A stretch of DNA of 64,000 nucleotides from the NCBI GenBank assembly GCA_965222515.1, contig CBDCUE010000017.1:71040-135039 (forward strand). Direction: 5' to 3'. The stretch's first letter is position 1, and every line of letters starts with the position of its first letter. A program made the translations under genes and the position numbers. Below, in pieces: positions 45,926 through 54,755 of the stretch. Source of the DNA: Rickettsiales bacterium (GTDB lineage: Bacteria; Pseudomonadota; Alphaproteobacteria; Rickettsiales; JABIRX01). The notes beneath the pieces are model-generated. The model ran no database searches. It saw nothing but the letters and a program-made list of their open reading frames with translations, and was not told the origin of the DNA.

Positions 45926-47866
45926 TTATGCTATATTTTTATTATTATCATTGGTTTGTATTTCTTCCGTCCAATTCTTTACAATATTATTATTTCCACT
46001 TTTAGGCAAAGGATTGGCATCTTTTACTTTAAACAAAACAGGTAAATTAGTTGCTGTTCCAAATATTAAAGCTTCTTGGTTTGGAATAGAGGGGAGCTGC
46101 TCTAATAATGTTCTAGAAATAAAAGGAGTCATTGCTCTAATAAAATTCAAATCGTTTGGATTCTGTATTCTGTGAATAATAAAGTTGCTACATTGTGATA
46201 AAACTGTTTCGTTAAGCTCACTAGGTCTTTGACTAGACAACATTAATAACAAACCATATTTTCTAGCTTCTTTTGCAATTCTTTCAAAAATTCTATTAGC
46301 TTCAAAAAAATATTCTTTTCCTTTATTATTTGATATATATCTATGAGCTTCATCTAAAATAAGATGAATTGGTTCTGTATTTCGTGATTCTAATTTTTTA
46401 ACATATTCAAAAAATATTCTTGCAAGAACAGAGGAAACAACTTCAATTACCTCATCATCAATATTATCAAAATTAATAATAGAGATATTGAAGTCTTTTA
46501 TAAACTTTTCTATGTACGAATCTAGATCTTCTTTGTTTTTAAAAAAAGAAAACTCTGTTCTTGTGCTTAAGGATTTTAATCTTGTAATCATAGAGGAACA
46601 ATAATCCCGTACCTGTTTATTACCATGTGCCTCTTCCCAAGATATAGCTAACTCTATATACTCTTCTAGTCTATCTAATTTTATTTCACTCTCACCGTTA
46701 TAATTAAAATCTATAAATTCTTGAGTATTTTCTTGTTCTAGTTTGCTCAAATATTCTTTAAATTCGGTACAATTTTTAATTTCTCCATAATGCGTTCCTA
46801 GATAGAGATCTAGCTTTTCTTTTGTAAATTTTATACAAGATGTAGAAATTTTATTATTATCAAATGAATGTTTCTCTATAAAAAATTGTAATCTATTATT
46901 TTGTAATTTATTATAATTAGCAATAATTTTACTAACTGTATAATTAGAATCAGTTTCTAATAATGATTGAGAGATTTTACAAAAAATATAAGTTTTAAGC
47001 TTGTTTTTAGAATCATTAGAATCATTATCCTCTTGGTTTTCACATAAACTATATAAACCTAAAGCATTTCTTAAAATAGGGGACTGGGCTTTAGAACTTG
47101 CCTTTAATAATAATTCCCATTCATCAATATTTAATAAATTTAACGGCAAATAAAAATTATTATTGTTTTCTTTATTTTTAAAATCAAAGCATTTCAATTC
47201 TATATGTTCTAATAATTCTTCCTTTTCTTCTTTAATAAAGGCCTTTTTATATTCTCCATTTACATCAAAAAAGATAAATTTAGATTTTGGATATTTATTT
47301 TTTTTGTAAATAGTTTGTAAAATTGATGAAATCGTGCAACTTTTTCCACTCCCTGTATTTCCTAAAATAGCACTATGGAGTCCAAAAAAATTATTTATAT
47401 TTATTTTAACTCTATATTTCTCTAATAATGTCCAAGTCCCTATATCTAAATATTTATCTTTTTCTTGTACCGCACTACCAAATAATGCATTTAACTCCTT
47501 TTCTTTGATATAAAGAACATCACTATAAAGGTTAGGGTAATTAGAAACTCCAAAGGTAAATTTTTCTTTTTCTAAAATTCCCATAGGAAAAAGTTCTAAA
47601 ATTTTATTAGAATTAATTTTGCTCAAACCATCTTTATCTACAAAAGTAGAGTTGTCCTCTTTTTCTCTTATTGAAGAAATAGAAGCGACAATGAAGTTAT
47701 TTTCAATACAGACTAAGACATAACCATTTAATCTAATAAATTGATATATATCATCAAAGTCATTAATATTAAAACTATTAATACTACTTAATAATTCTGC
47801 TTCTAACTTATAAGCATTAATACTAATAATTTTGGCTATAGCTCTTTCTTTTTTACTTTGAATCAT
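45926..47866 (-). CDS. herA: HerA/FtsK-type (DUF87) ATPase, partner of the SIR2 domain
   Basis: 646 aa. Walker A GNTGSGKSCT, Walker B IHLILDEAHRY, LSSQRPSEL. Overlaps the upstream ORF by 14 nt and ends 3 nt before hsdR. Confidence 0.8.
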   Translation of the reverse strand: MIQSKKERAIAKIISINAYKLEAELLSSINSFNINDFDDIYQFIRLNGYVLVCIENNFIVASISSIREKEDNSTFVDKDGLSKINSNKILELFPMGILEKEKFTFGVSNYPNLYSDVLYIKEKELNALFGSAVQEKDKYLDIGTWTLLEKYRVKININNFFGLHSAILGNTGSGKSCTISSILQTIYKKNKYPKSKFIFFDVNGEYKKAFIKEEKEELLEHIELKCFDFKNKENNNNFYLPLNLLNIDEWELLLKASSKAQSPILRNALGLYSLCENQEDNDSNDSKNKLKTYIFCKISQSLLETDSNYTVSKIIANYNKLQNNRLQFFIEKHSFDNNKISTSCIKFTKEKLDLYLGTHYGEIKNCTEFKEYLSKLEQENTQEFIDFNYNGESEIKLDRLEEYIELAISWEEAHGNKQVRDYCSSMITRLKSLSTRTEFSFFKNKEDLDSYIEKFIKDFNISIINFDNIDDEVIEVVSSVLARIFFEYVKKLESRNTEPIHLILDEAHRYISNNKGKEYFFEANRIFERIAKEARKYGLLLMLSSQRPSELNETVLSQCSNFIIHRIQNPNDLNFIRAMTPFISRTLLEQLPSIPNQEALIFGTATNLPVLFKVKDANPLPKSGNNNIVKNWTEEIQTNDNNKNIA

Positions 47867-50291
47867 TTTTAAATAAATATTTATTTAATATCGTTTCTAA
47901 TCGCTCATCATCTTCATTACTTTCTAATAAAAAATTCTCTATAATATAACTAAAATCTGATATATTCTTACCCTCACCTTCTATACCTTCTAGAATCCAA
48001 ATTCTAGGATCATCAAAATCTTTTATTTTTTTTAACTCTTTATTTTTCTCAATATCTGCATATGAAAAAATAATAAGCCTAAACTTAGGAATTGTTGCCA
48101 AAGCTTGATATATAATATTATTAATATGCTCATCAGCAAAACTATAGCCAATTACAACTAAAATATTATCTGGTTGTAATAATTTTTTTTGAAATTCCCT
48201 AAAAAGATCGCTATAAGGAGATGCAAAACTACTATTTTGTTTTGTGGGGGTAGGATAAATCATTATATTATTATCATCATTATTAAAACTAGGATTTTGT
48301 ATTTCTTTTATTTTAAATAATTTATTTTCATTTGCTTCTTCAATCCAATTAATTGAGCCGTGTAATTTATATAAATAAATATATTTATCTATAATATGAT
48401 ATTTTTTATCACTTAAGCCTATTTGCTCGGCATATGCATAATTAAAAGTCATTGGATTAAAACATCTATTAATATTGCCACTAAATCCATTACAATAAAT
48501 AATTCTCAAATCATCCATTGCTTTCTCACTAAACAAATCATAGTTTGTTGTGAAAATATTTATTTTTGAGAAAAAATTTTCTCTATACATTAATTTTTTA
48601 TAAAAAGATTTATAGATTTCTAATGTTGTAGAATATCTAATTTTTATATTATCATCATCTTGTTTAACTTTGCAAAGAGCTGCATCAAAAACTAACTTCT
48701 TTATTTCTTTTATTAAATCCCTAATTGTTTTAGTTTCGTTCTGTTCATTTAAGCTTGAAATATATTCTTTTGCATAAAGATATTGCAACATTTTTTCTAA
48801 GTTTTTATTATTAAGAACTTTATCCGGTACTTCTTTCTCAATAAGATTTACATCCAATTTTTTAAATAAGTCTGTCATTGTTGGAATTGCTCCACTAGAA
48901 CAACCTGCCCCTAATAAGAAAGATAGATGGGAAGAGGAAAATATTTTATTAATATCTTTTTTAATTAACTCAATATTGTTTTCTTGGTTTTCTAAAAAGT
49001 TTTTATTTCCTTTAAAAAATTTTATCATTATTTTTATAATTTTAATTATATTTACCCTAATTTCTCCACTAATTAATTTAGGGAGGAGCAGATCTCTTTG
49101 TTTTTCTAGGGTTTGGATTTGTTGTTGATTTTTTTTGATTTTATTAAAAATCTCTTCGACTTGATTTTTAAAAGCTAACATATTTCTTTCGCTAGGGATA
49201 AACAATAATATTTTTTTTATCATTCCTGAATTTATAGAAGTAACAATAGAAGATGTGCTCCCCAAAATATTATATTTAAATTGTTTTAAAAAAAGGTATA
49301 AAAACTCCTTACAAATTACAGTTGTGTTTTTTATTTTAAAATGCGCGATAGCTTCATTTGAAACCATATCTTCTGATGTTATAGCTACCCTACCAACGGT
49401 CATTTTAAAGCTTAGAATAACTGTATCTTGGGTAATCACAGGCACTCTAAATTTTTCAATAGCTTCTTTTGTTAAATATTCTGATGTATTGAATGTAAAA
49501 ACTCCATTATTACCTAAATCTTTAATAGAAATCCATTTAATATCATTATTATTTTGAGAAAACCATTTAAATTCTTTTCGTGGAGGAGTTCTTCCTATAG
49601 CAATATCTGTAATGTCTCCCAACCTGCCTTCCTTCCAACTATCATCTTTATTTTCAATAAAATAATGTTTAAAGAGAGTTTCTGCTAATTTTTCTAAGGT
49701 TTTATTTTGTCTGTGTAAAAGGTCAATTTTATCATCTAGGCTTGATTCTGCTAATTTTTCTAAGGTTTTATTTTGTCTGTGTAAAAGGTCAATTTTATCA
49801 TCTAGGCTTGATAATATTTCTGCTATTGCTTCTTGTTCGGGAAGAGGGGGGATATTAAATAAATAATTTGTAATTACATCTGTTTGCACTCTTTGCCTTC
49901 CAGAGCTACCTGACATAGATGAAATAGCTATCTTTCTAAATTGAGGGGATATAGCAAAATAGTAAATAAAAGATTTATTTGATAATAGGTGCTTTTCTCT
50001 TAATACAATAAATTCAGTGCTACCAAAAGCTACTGTGCTATTTTCTAATATATCTACAAAGGCAGTTTTGCCATTTTCTAAACAAGGAGTTATTCTAGCT
50101 AATAAAGTATCTCCATTTCTAAATTTTACACCTCCTTTATATTTTTCTTTTATAACCTTATTAATTTTTTTTGTAAAAGGAAAAACTGCATCCATACAAA
50201 CCTTAGAATGTAGAGTTTCTTTTTTTAAAATCTCCCTAGGGTTTATATCCACCACATCCCCCAACCGACATTTTTTCCAACCTTCTCTCAT
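47853..50291 (-). CDS. hsdS: type I restriction specificity subunit (HsdS) fused in-frame to a SIR2_2-type domain
   Basis: 812 aa. Residues 1-413 are two TRDs plus the central helix (LPEQEAIAEILSSLDDKIDLLHRQNKTLEKLAE) and the distal helix (QTLEKQRDLLLPKLISGEIRV). Residues ~422-812 carry FLLGAGCSSGAIPT, FTTNYDLFSEKA, LYKLHGSINW and VVIGYSFADEHIN. Confidence 0.8.
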   Translation of the reverse strand: MREGWKKCRLGDVVDINPREILKKETLHSKVCMDAVFPFTKKINKVIKEKYKGGVKFRNGDTLLARITPCLENGKTAFVDILENSTVAFGSTEFIVLREKHLLSNKSFIYYFAISPQFRKIAISSMSGSSGRQRVQTDVITNYLFNIPPLPEQEAIAEILSSLDDKIDLLHRQNKTLEKLAESSLDDKIDLLHRQNKTLEKLAETLFKHYFIENKDDSWKEGRLGDITDIAIGRTPPRKEFKWFSQNNNDIKWISIKDLGNNGVFTFNTSEYLTKEAIEKFRVPVITQDTVILSFKMTVGRVAITSEDMVSNEAIAHFKIKNTTVICKEFLYLFLKQFKYNILGSTSSIVTSINSGMIKKILLFIPSERNMLAFKNQVEEIFNKIKKNQQQIQTLEKQRDLLLPKLISGEIRVNIIKIIKIMIKFFKGNKNFLENQENNIELIKKDINKIFSSSHLSFLLGAGCSSGAIPTMTDLFKKLDVNLIEKEVPDKVLNNKNLEKMLQYLYAKEYISSLNEQNETKTIRDLIKEIKKLVFDAALCKVKQDDDNIKIRYSTTLEIYKSFYKKLMYRENFFSKINIFTTNYDLFSEKAMDDLRIIYCNGFSGNINRCFNPMTFNYAYAEQIGLSDKKYHIIDKYIYLYKLHGSINWIEEANENKLFKIKEIQNPSFNNDDNNIMIYPTPTKQNSSFASPYSDLFREFQKKLLQPDNILVVIGYSFADEHINNIIYQALATIPKFRLIIFSYADIEKNKELKKIKDFDDPRIWILEGIEGEGKNISDFSYIIENFLLESNEDDERLETILNKYLFKNDSK
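49680..49811 (-). repeat. perfect 2 x 66-bp tandem duplication inside the hsdS central conserved region
   Basis: Units 49680..49745 and 49746..49811 are identical base for base. They duplicate SSLDDKIDLLHRQNKTLEKLAE. Confidence 0.95.
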
Positions 50292-50518
50292 CTGCTTTTC
50301 CTTTCTAAAATTATTGCCTCAAAAGCTGGATTATCATTTTTAACTAAATCACTTTCTTCATAATCTCCTAGCCAATCTTCTGAATTTTCTTTCTTCAATT
50401 TTTTTTTACAAATTCTTTTTTCATCAATATCATCATATCCACCTTCATAACCATCAACCATAATTTCTAGTTCTTTTGGGTATGTTTCTAATATTTTAAT
50501 TAATTCTGCTATTTTCAT
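50288..50518 (-). CDS. hypothetical acidic 76-aa protein
   Basis: ORF overlaps the hsdS start by 4 nt (translational coupling). No motif. Confidence 0.4.
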   Translation of the reverse strand: MKIAELIKILETYPKELEIMVDGYEGGYDDIDEKRICKKKLKKENSEDWLGDYEESDLVKNDNPAFEAIILERKSR

Positions 50519-50541
50519 TTTAATTTTTTATATTTTTATAG

Positions 50542-50856
50542 CTATTTCTTTGTAATAATATTTCCATTTGCTGTATTGCGATTTGATTTAATCCATTTCA
50601 ATGGAGATAATACAAAATGATTAAAGCCTGCCTCATTTTTAAACTGGTCGAATTCTACCAGTTTAAAATCAGGATTATTTAATTTCTCCCATAAACCAAG
50701 TAATTCTATAGTATTTTTAGTTCTTATCCAATTTTTGATTACATCAGCAGGTGCATTAGGATTTTTATATTTTGCAATATCTGTAATAGAGATAAAATCT
50801 TCTTGTTGATTTGTTGCTAAATTAATTTCAATATTACTAACTTTTATTTTATTCAT
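50542..50856 (-). CDS. KilA-N domain protein (short, N-terminal domain only)
   Basis: 104 aa. FISITDIAKYKNPNAPADVIKNWIRTKNTIELLGLWEKLNNPDFK...EFDQFKNEAGFNHFVLSPLKWI resembles the KilA-N DNA-binding domain often found in R-M loci. Confidence 0.5.
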   Translation of the reverse strand: MNKIKVSNIEINLATNQQEDFISITDIAKYKNPNAPADVIKNWIRTKNTIELLGLWEKLNNPDFKLVEFDQFKNEAGFNHFVLSPLKWIKSNRNTANGNIITKK

Positions 50857-50859
50857 AGC

Positions 50860-51846
50860 TTATTTCTCTTTAATTAAATTTTCTAAATCTTTTAAATCCT
50901 CTTCATCAGCTATTTTTGCCTCATCTTTTTTTCTTTTTTTATCAAAATCACTGTAAATTTGATTAACTTTCTCCTCCATTTTTTTATGACTAATTTTTCC
51001 TTTATGATTTAAAATCATAAAATCATTAGAGGTTAAAATTCTATCTACATTTTCTTCCCAAAATTTTAAAGTAAGCTCTTTTTGATTTTTTGCTCTTAAT
51101 TCTGCCGTTTCTAAAAATATTACTACCAATCTATTTAAACTATCTAACTCATCTTTTAATAAATAGTTTTTAGCAGTAATAATATCAGCCTTTCTAACTA
51201 TTTTACCCTTCCAAGCAGTAAGCCCCATATTAGATTTATTGCTATCTGCTCTTGAGTTAATAATTTCTGCAGCTGTTTGTCCTGTTATAGCATATAAAAG
51301 TTTATTTTGTATTTCTGCAAAAAACAACCTCGTTTTTTTATCAGTTTTATCATAATCACTAGATAATTTTAATAAATCTCTTATTTTTTGATAAAATCTT
51401 TTTTCAGATGCTCTAATATCACGGATTTGCTCTAAAAGCTCATCAAAATAATCTATTCTACCATCTGGGTTTTTTAATCTCTCTGTATCAATAATAAAGC
51501 CTTTTACGACATAGTCTTGCAAATAATCATTTGCCCATTTTCTAAATTGTGTTCCTCTTTTGCTTCTTACTCTAAAACCTATTGCTAAAATCATTTTTAA
51601 TGAATAAAAAGCAACATTGTAATCTTTACCATCTTTTGCAGTTCGTCGGAAATTCCGACATACTGAATTTTCTTCTAATTCTTCTTCTTGAAAAATACTA
51701 GATATATGTTCTGTAATTGTGCTTCTAGCTTTATCAAAAAGCTCAGCTATTTGATCTTGGCTTAACCAAATATCTCCATTTTTAGCATAAAGAGAAACTT
51801 CACTTTTACCATCATCTGTATTATAAATAATTATCTTATCATTCAT
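50860..51846 (-). CDS. rhuM: RhuM-family protein
   Basis: 328 aa. ...SEVSLYAKNGDIWLSQDQIAELF...STITEHI...NVAFYSLKMILAIGFRVRSKRGTQFRKWAN...RASEKRFYQKIRD... is the characteristic RhuM pattern. Overlaps hsdM by 4 nt. Confidence 0.75.
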   Translation of the reverse strand: MNDKIIIYNTDDGKSEVSLYAKNGDIWLSQDQIAELFDKARSTITEHISSIFQEEELEENSVCRNFRRTAKDGKDYNVAFYSLKMILAIGFRVRSKRGTQFRKWANDYLQDYVVKGFIIDTERLKNPDGRIDYFDELLEQIRDIRASEKRFYQKIRDLLKLSSDYDKTDKKTRLFFAEIQNKLLYAITGQTAAEIINSRADSNKSNMGLTAWKGKIVRKADIITAKNYLLKDELDSLNRLVVIFLETAELRAKNQKELTLKFWEENVDRILTSNDFMILNHKGKISHKKMEEKVNQIYSDFDKKRKKDEAKIADEEDLKDLENLIKEK

Positions 51847-53354
51847 AACTGAACTTTCTTTAAATTATCCAAAATTCTCTTATTCAGCTCTGTTTCTTCT
51901 GTTAATTGCTCATTAAATTCTTTTTGTAATCTAGTAAATTCTGTTTTAAAATCAAATTCTTCTTCTACCTCCTCTAAGCCGACATATCTACCTGGAGTTA
52001 AGACATAATCCAATTTTGCAACCTCTTCTATTGTTTCACTTTTGCAAAAACCTGCTATATCTTGGTAAGAATCATTTTCTTTTTTCCAATTATGATAGGT
52101 AGAGGATATTTTATTAATATCATCTTTTGAAAGTTCTTTTGTTCTTCTATTAATAAGATGCCCTAATTCCCTTGCATCAATAAATAAAATCTCATTTTTT
52201 CTATATGTTTTGTCACGACTCATAAACCAAAGACTGGCTGGAATTTGGGTATTTAAAAATAATTTTGCAGGTAAATTTACAATACAATCAATTAATCCTG
52301 CTTCAATTAATTTTTTTCTAATTTCTCCTTCTCCTGATGTTTGTGAAGTAAGAGAACCCTTAGCTAAAACAAATCCTGCTGTTCCACCATTTGGTGATAG
52401 ATGATATAAAAAATGTTGAATCCAAGCATAATTTGCATTACCAGTTGGTGGTGTTCCATATTGCCATCTTCCATCATTTTTTAATAATTCACCATTCCAA
52501 TCACTCACATTAAAAGGTGGATTTGCTATAATATAATCTGCTTTTAAATCTTTATGAGCATTATTTAAAAATGATCCTTCATTATTCCATTTAACTTGCG
52601 AGCTATCAATTGCCCTAATAGCTAAATTCATCTTTGTTAATCGCCAAGTGGTTTGATTGCTTTCTTGTCCATAAATAGAAATATCATTTATTTTTCCTTG
52701 ATGCTCTGTTATAAATTTTTCAGATTGCACGAACATCCCACCACTTCCACAACAAGGATCAAAAACTCTACCTTTATAAGGTTCTAACATCTCAACAAGC
52801 AGGCCTACTATAGATTTTGGAGTGTAAAACTGCCCACCTTGTTTTCCTTCAGCAAGTGCAAATTCTCCTAAAAAATATTCAAAAACATGACCTAAAATAT
52901 CAGCATTTTTAGCTTTAGCATCACCTAGGGCAATATTTCCAATAAGATTGATTAATTCTCCAAGATTAGTAGTATCTAAATTTCCTTTTGCATAAACTTT
53001 AGGCAAAATAAATTTTAATGATGAATTATCTTTTTCAATCATATCCATAGAATGATCAATATATTTGCCTATTTCAGGGTCTGTTGCTTTTGCTTGTAAA
53101 TATGACCATCTTGCAACAGGAGGCACAAAAAAAACATTTTCTGCTTTATATTCATCTTTATCTTCAGGATCAGCTCCAGCATATTCACCTTCCCCTTTTA
53201 TTAATTTCTCATGCAATTCTTCAAATGAATCAGAAATATATTTCAAAAACATTAAGCCAAGTACAATATGTTTGTATTCTGCTGCATCAATATTTTTTCG
53301 TAATTTATCCGCAGTTGCCCAAAGTTGCTTCTCTATAGGTTCTTTATTTGCCAT
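51843..53354 (-). CDS. hsdM: type I restriction-modification system, M subunit (N6-adenine methyltransferase)
   Basis: 503 aa. HsdM N-terminal domain, motif I VFDPCCGSGGMFV, motif IV IIANPPFN. Confidence 0.95.
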   Translation of the reverse strand: MANKEPIEKQLWATADKLRKNIDAAEYKHIVLGLMFLKYISDSFEELHEKLIKGEGEYAGADPEDKDEYKAENVFFVPPVARWSYLQAKATDPEIGKYIDHSMDMIEKDNSSLKFILPKVYAKGNLDTTNLGELINLIGNIALGDAKAKNADILGHVFEYFLGEFALAEGKQGGQFYTPKSIVGLLVEMLEPYKGRVFDPCCGSGGMFVQSEKFITEHQGKINDISIYGQESNQTTWRLTKMNLAIRAIDSSQVKWNNEGSFLNNAHKDLKADYIIANPPFNVSDWNGELLKNDGRWQYGTPPTGNANYAWIQHFLYHLSPNGGTAGFVLAKGSLTSQTSGEGEIRKKLIEAGLIDCIVNLPAKLFLNTQIPASLWFMSRDKTYRKNEILFIDARELGHLINRRTKELSKDDINKISSTYHNWKKENDSYQDIAGFCKSETIEEVAKLDYVLTPGRYVGLEEVEEEFDFKTEFTRLQKEFNEQLTEETELNKRILDNLKKVQL

Positions 53355-53531
53355 TTTTTTTATAACTACACTATTAATAGTCTTTTGAGTATAAATTAAG
53401 GAATATCTTTAACAACAATTTTCTTTTTTTATATATAGAAAAACACCAAGCAACCACCAAAAACTGTAAATAAACCGTAAACAGCAAAAACAACTATAAA
53501 GATAAAAAGTGAATAAAGCCTTACAAGACTT

Positions 53532-53576
53532 TGGTTGCGGGGGCAAGATTTGAACTTACGACCTTCAGGTTATAAG
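53532..53576 (-). pseudogene. 3' half of an initiator-type tRNA-Met (fragment)
   Basis: The reverse complement CTTATAACCTGAAGGTCGTAAGTTCAAATCTTGCCCCCGCAACCA parallels the E. coli tRNA-fMet 3' half (CTCATAACCCGAAGGTCGTCGGTTCAAATCCGGCCCCCGCAACCA). No D-arm or 5' acceptor strand is present upstream. Confidence 0.7.
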
Positions 53577-53826
53577 TCACAGGCTTAATATATATTTAAA
53601 AGTATTTGTTTATATTTAATCCTTGATTTTAAAAGGCTTTTGACTTATTTAATATATTTGTTAATATTTAAAAATCACTAAATAGAGTCTGCAGAATTAG
53701 ATAATATTTTCCAATAAAAAATTAATTCTTTCCAAAAGACATTTTTTTAAATTTTAAAAATATATTTTTAAATTATTTTTTAATCCATTTTTAGTTTTTT
53801 ATTTAATTTTTAATGTAATATTTGTA

Positions 53827-54321
53827 TTAAACCTCTCTTAATGCTTTAAATAAGTTAAAACTAACCATAGCTATACTAGTTTGAATGCCAGCTCCATTCA
53901 TAGTTTTCAACACTATTTTATTTAATGTGTAATCTTTTTTTAAATTTCCTATTACCCCCTCAACTCTAGACCTTGATTTCCTCAATCTCCTTTTTTCTAA
54001 TTTTTGCTTAGCTGTAGATTTTCCTTGATTCTTAAGACTATGTTTTATATCAAAACTCTTTAATAAAGCTTTATTATCAAACGAAGAATAACCATCATCT
54101 ATCAGAACCTTCTTCGGCAATCTCTCAAATCTATCTTGATGATTTGCTAAACTATTCTTTAATTCTAACTTCTCATTAAATGCTCTATGCTCTACTTTAT
54201 CACTAAACACATAACCATCTGTTAAAGCTATTTTTAATATATCTATTTGCTTAATTGCATAACTTCTTACAGTATTAAGCAATTTTACATCATTTGGATA
54301 TTCTATTTTACTCTCAAACAT
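53827..54321 (-). CDS. IS5-family transposase, C-terminal part (different frame)
   Basis: 164 aa: ...KIEYPNDVKLL...VLIDDGYSS...RSRVEGVIGNLKKDYTLNK.... The frame differs from that of the N-terminal ORF, so this is either a frameshifted pseudogene or a programmed frameshift. Confidence 0.65.
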   Translation of the reverse strand: MFESKIEYPNDVKLLNTVRSYAIKQIDILKIALTDGYVFSDKVEHRAFNEKLELKNSLANHQDRFERLPKKVLIDDGYSSFDNKALLKSFDIKHSLKNQGKSTAKQKLEKRRLRKSRSRVEGVIGNLKKDYTLNKIVLKTMNGAGIQTSIAMVSFNLFKALREV

Positions 54322-54755
54322 GTACCATCAAGCAACAATTCTTTTCCTTTGACAAACCTTTTATCCTTTAGCACCTCTAATATTTCTGATTCAAATTTTA
54401 AAAAATACTCTGCTCCTAATTTATTTCTTCTTTTTGTTAATAAGCTAGGATCCATCACTTTTGTTATCTTGCTTACAAAAGTATCATAACCACAAAAATA
54501 TTGAAAATATGGATTTTCATAAAAATATTCTAATATCTCAACATCACTCAAACCTAATCTTACTTTACCTATAAGCAAACCTAGCACTAATTTAGCTGAT
54601 TTTACCACTCCCAATTTTTTAGGATCAAAATATTTATCATGAAGTGCAATCAAATTATCCCAAGGAACTAGCTCTGATAATTTTATCCATCTGTTGTTTT
54701 CGTCTAACTTACCTCCAAAAGGCATCATATCTACAAATAATGGTAATGTTCTCAT
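54303..54755 (-). CDS. IS5-family transposase, N-terminal (DUF772) part
   Basis: 150 aa with ...LEYFYENPYFQYFCGYDTF.... Confidence 0.7.
   Translation of the reverse strand: MRTLPLFVDMMPFGGKLDENNRWIKLSELVPWDNLIALHDKYFDPKKLGVVKSAKLVLGLLIGKVRLGLSDVEILEYFYENPYFQYFCGYDTFVSKITKVMDPSLLTKRRNKLGAEYFLKFESEILEVLKDKRFVKGKELLLDGTCLRVK

Noticed and set aside
53532-53576. A functional tRNA with a UAU anticodon
   Set aside because: Only the 3' half is present. The anticodon stem 5' strand, D-arm and 5' acceptor strand are missing, since the upstream sequence is unstructured AT-rich DNA.
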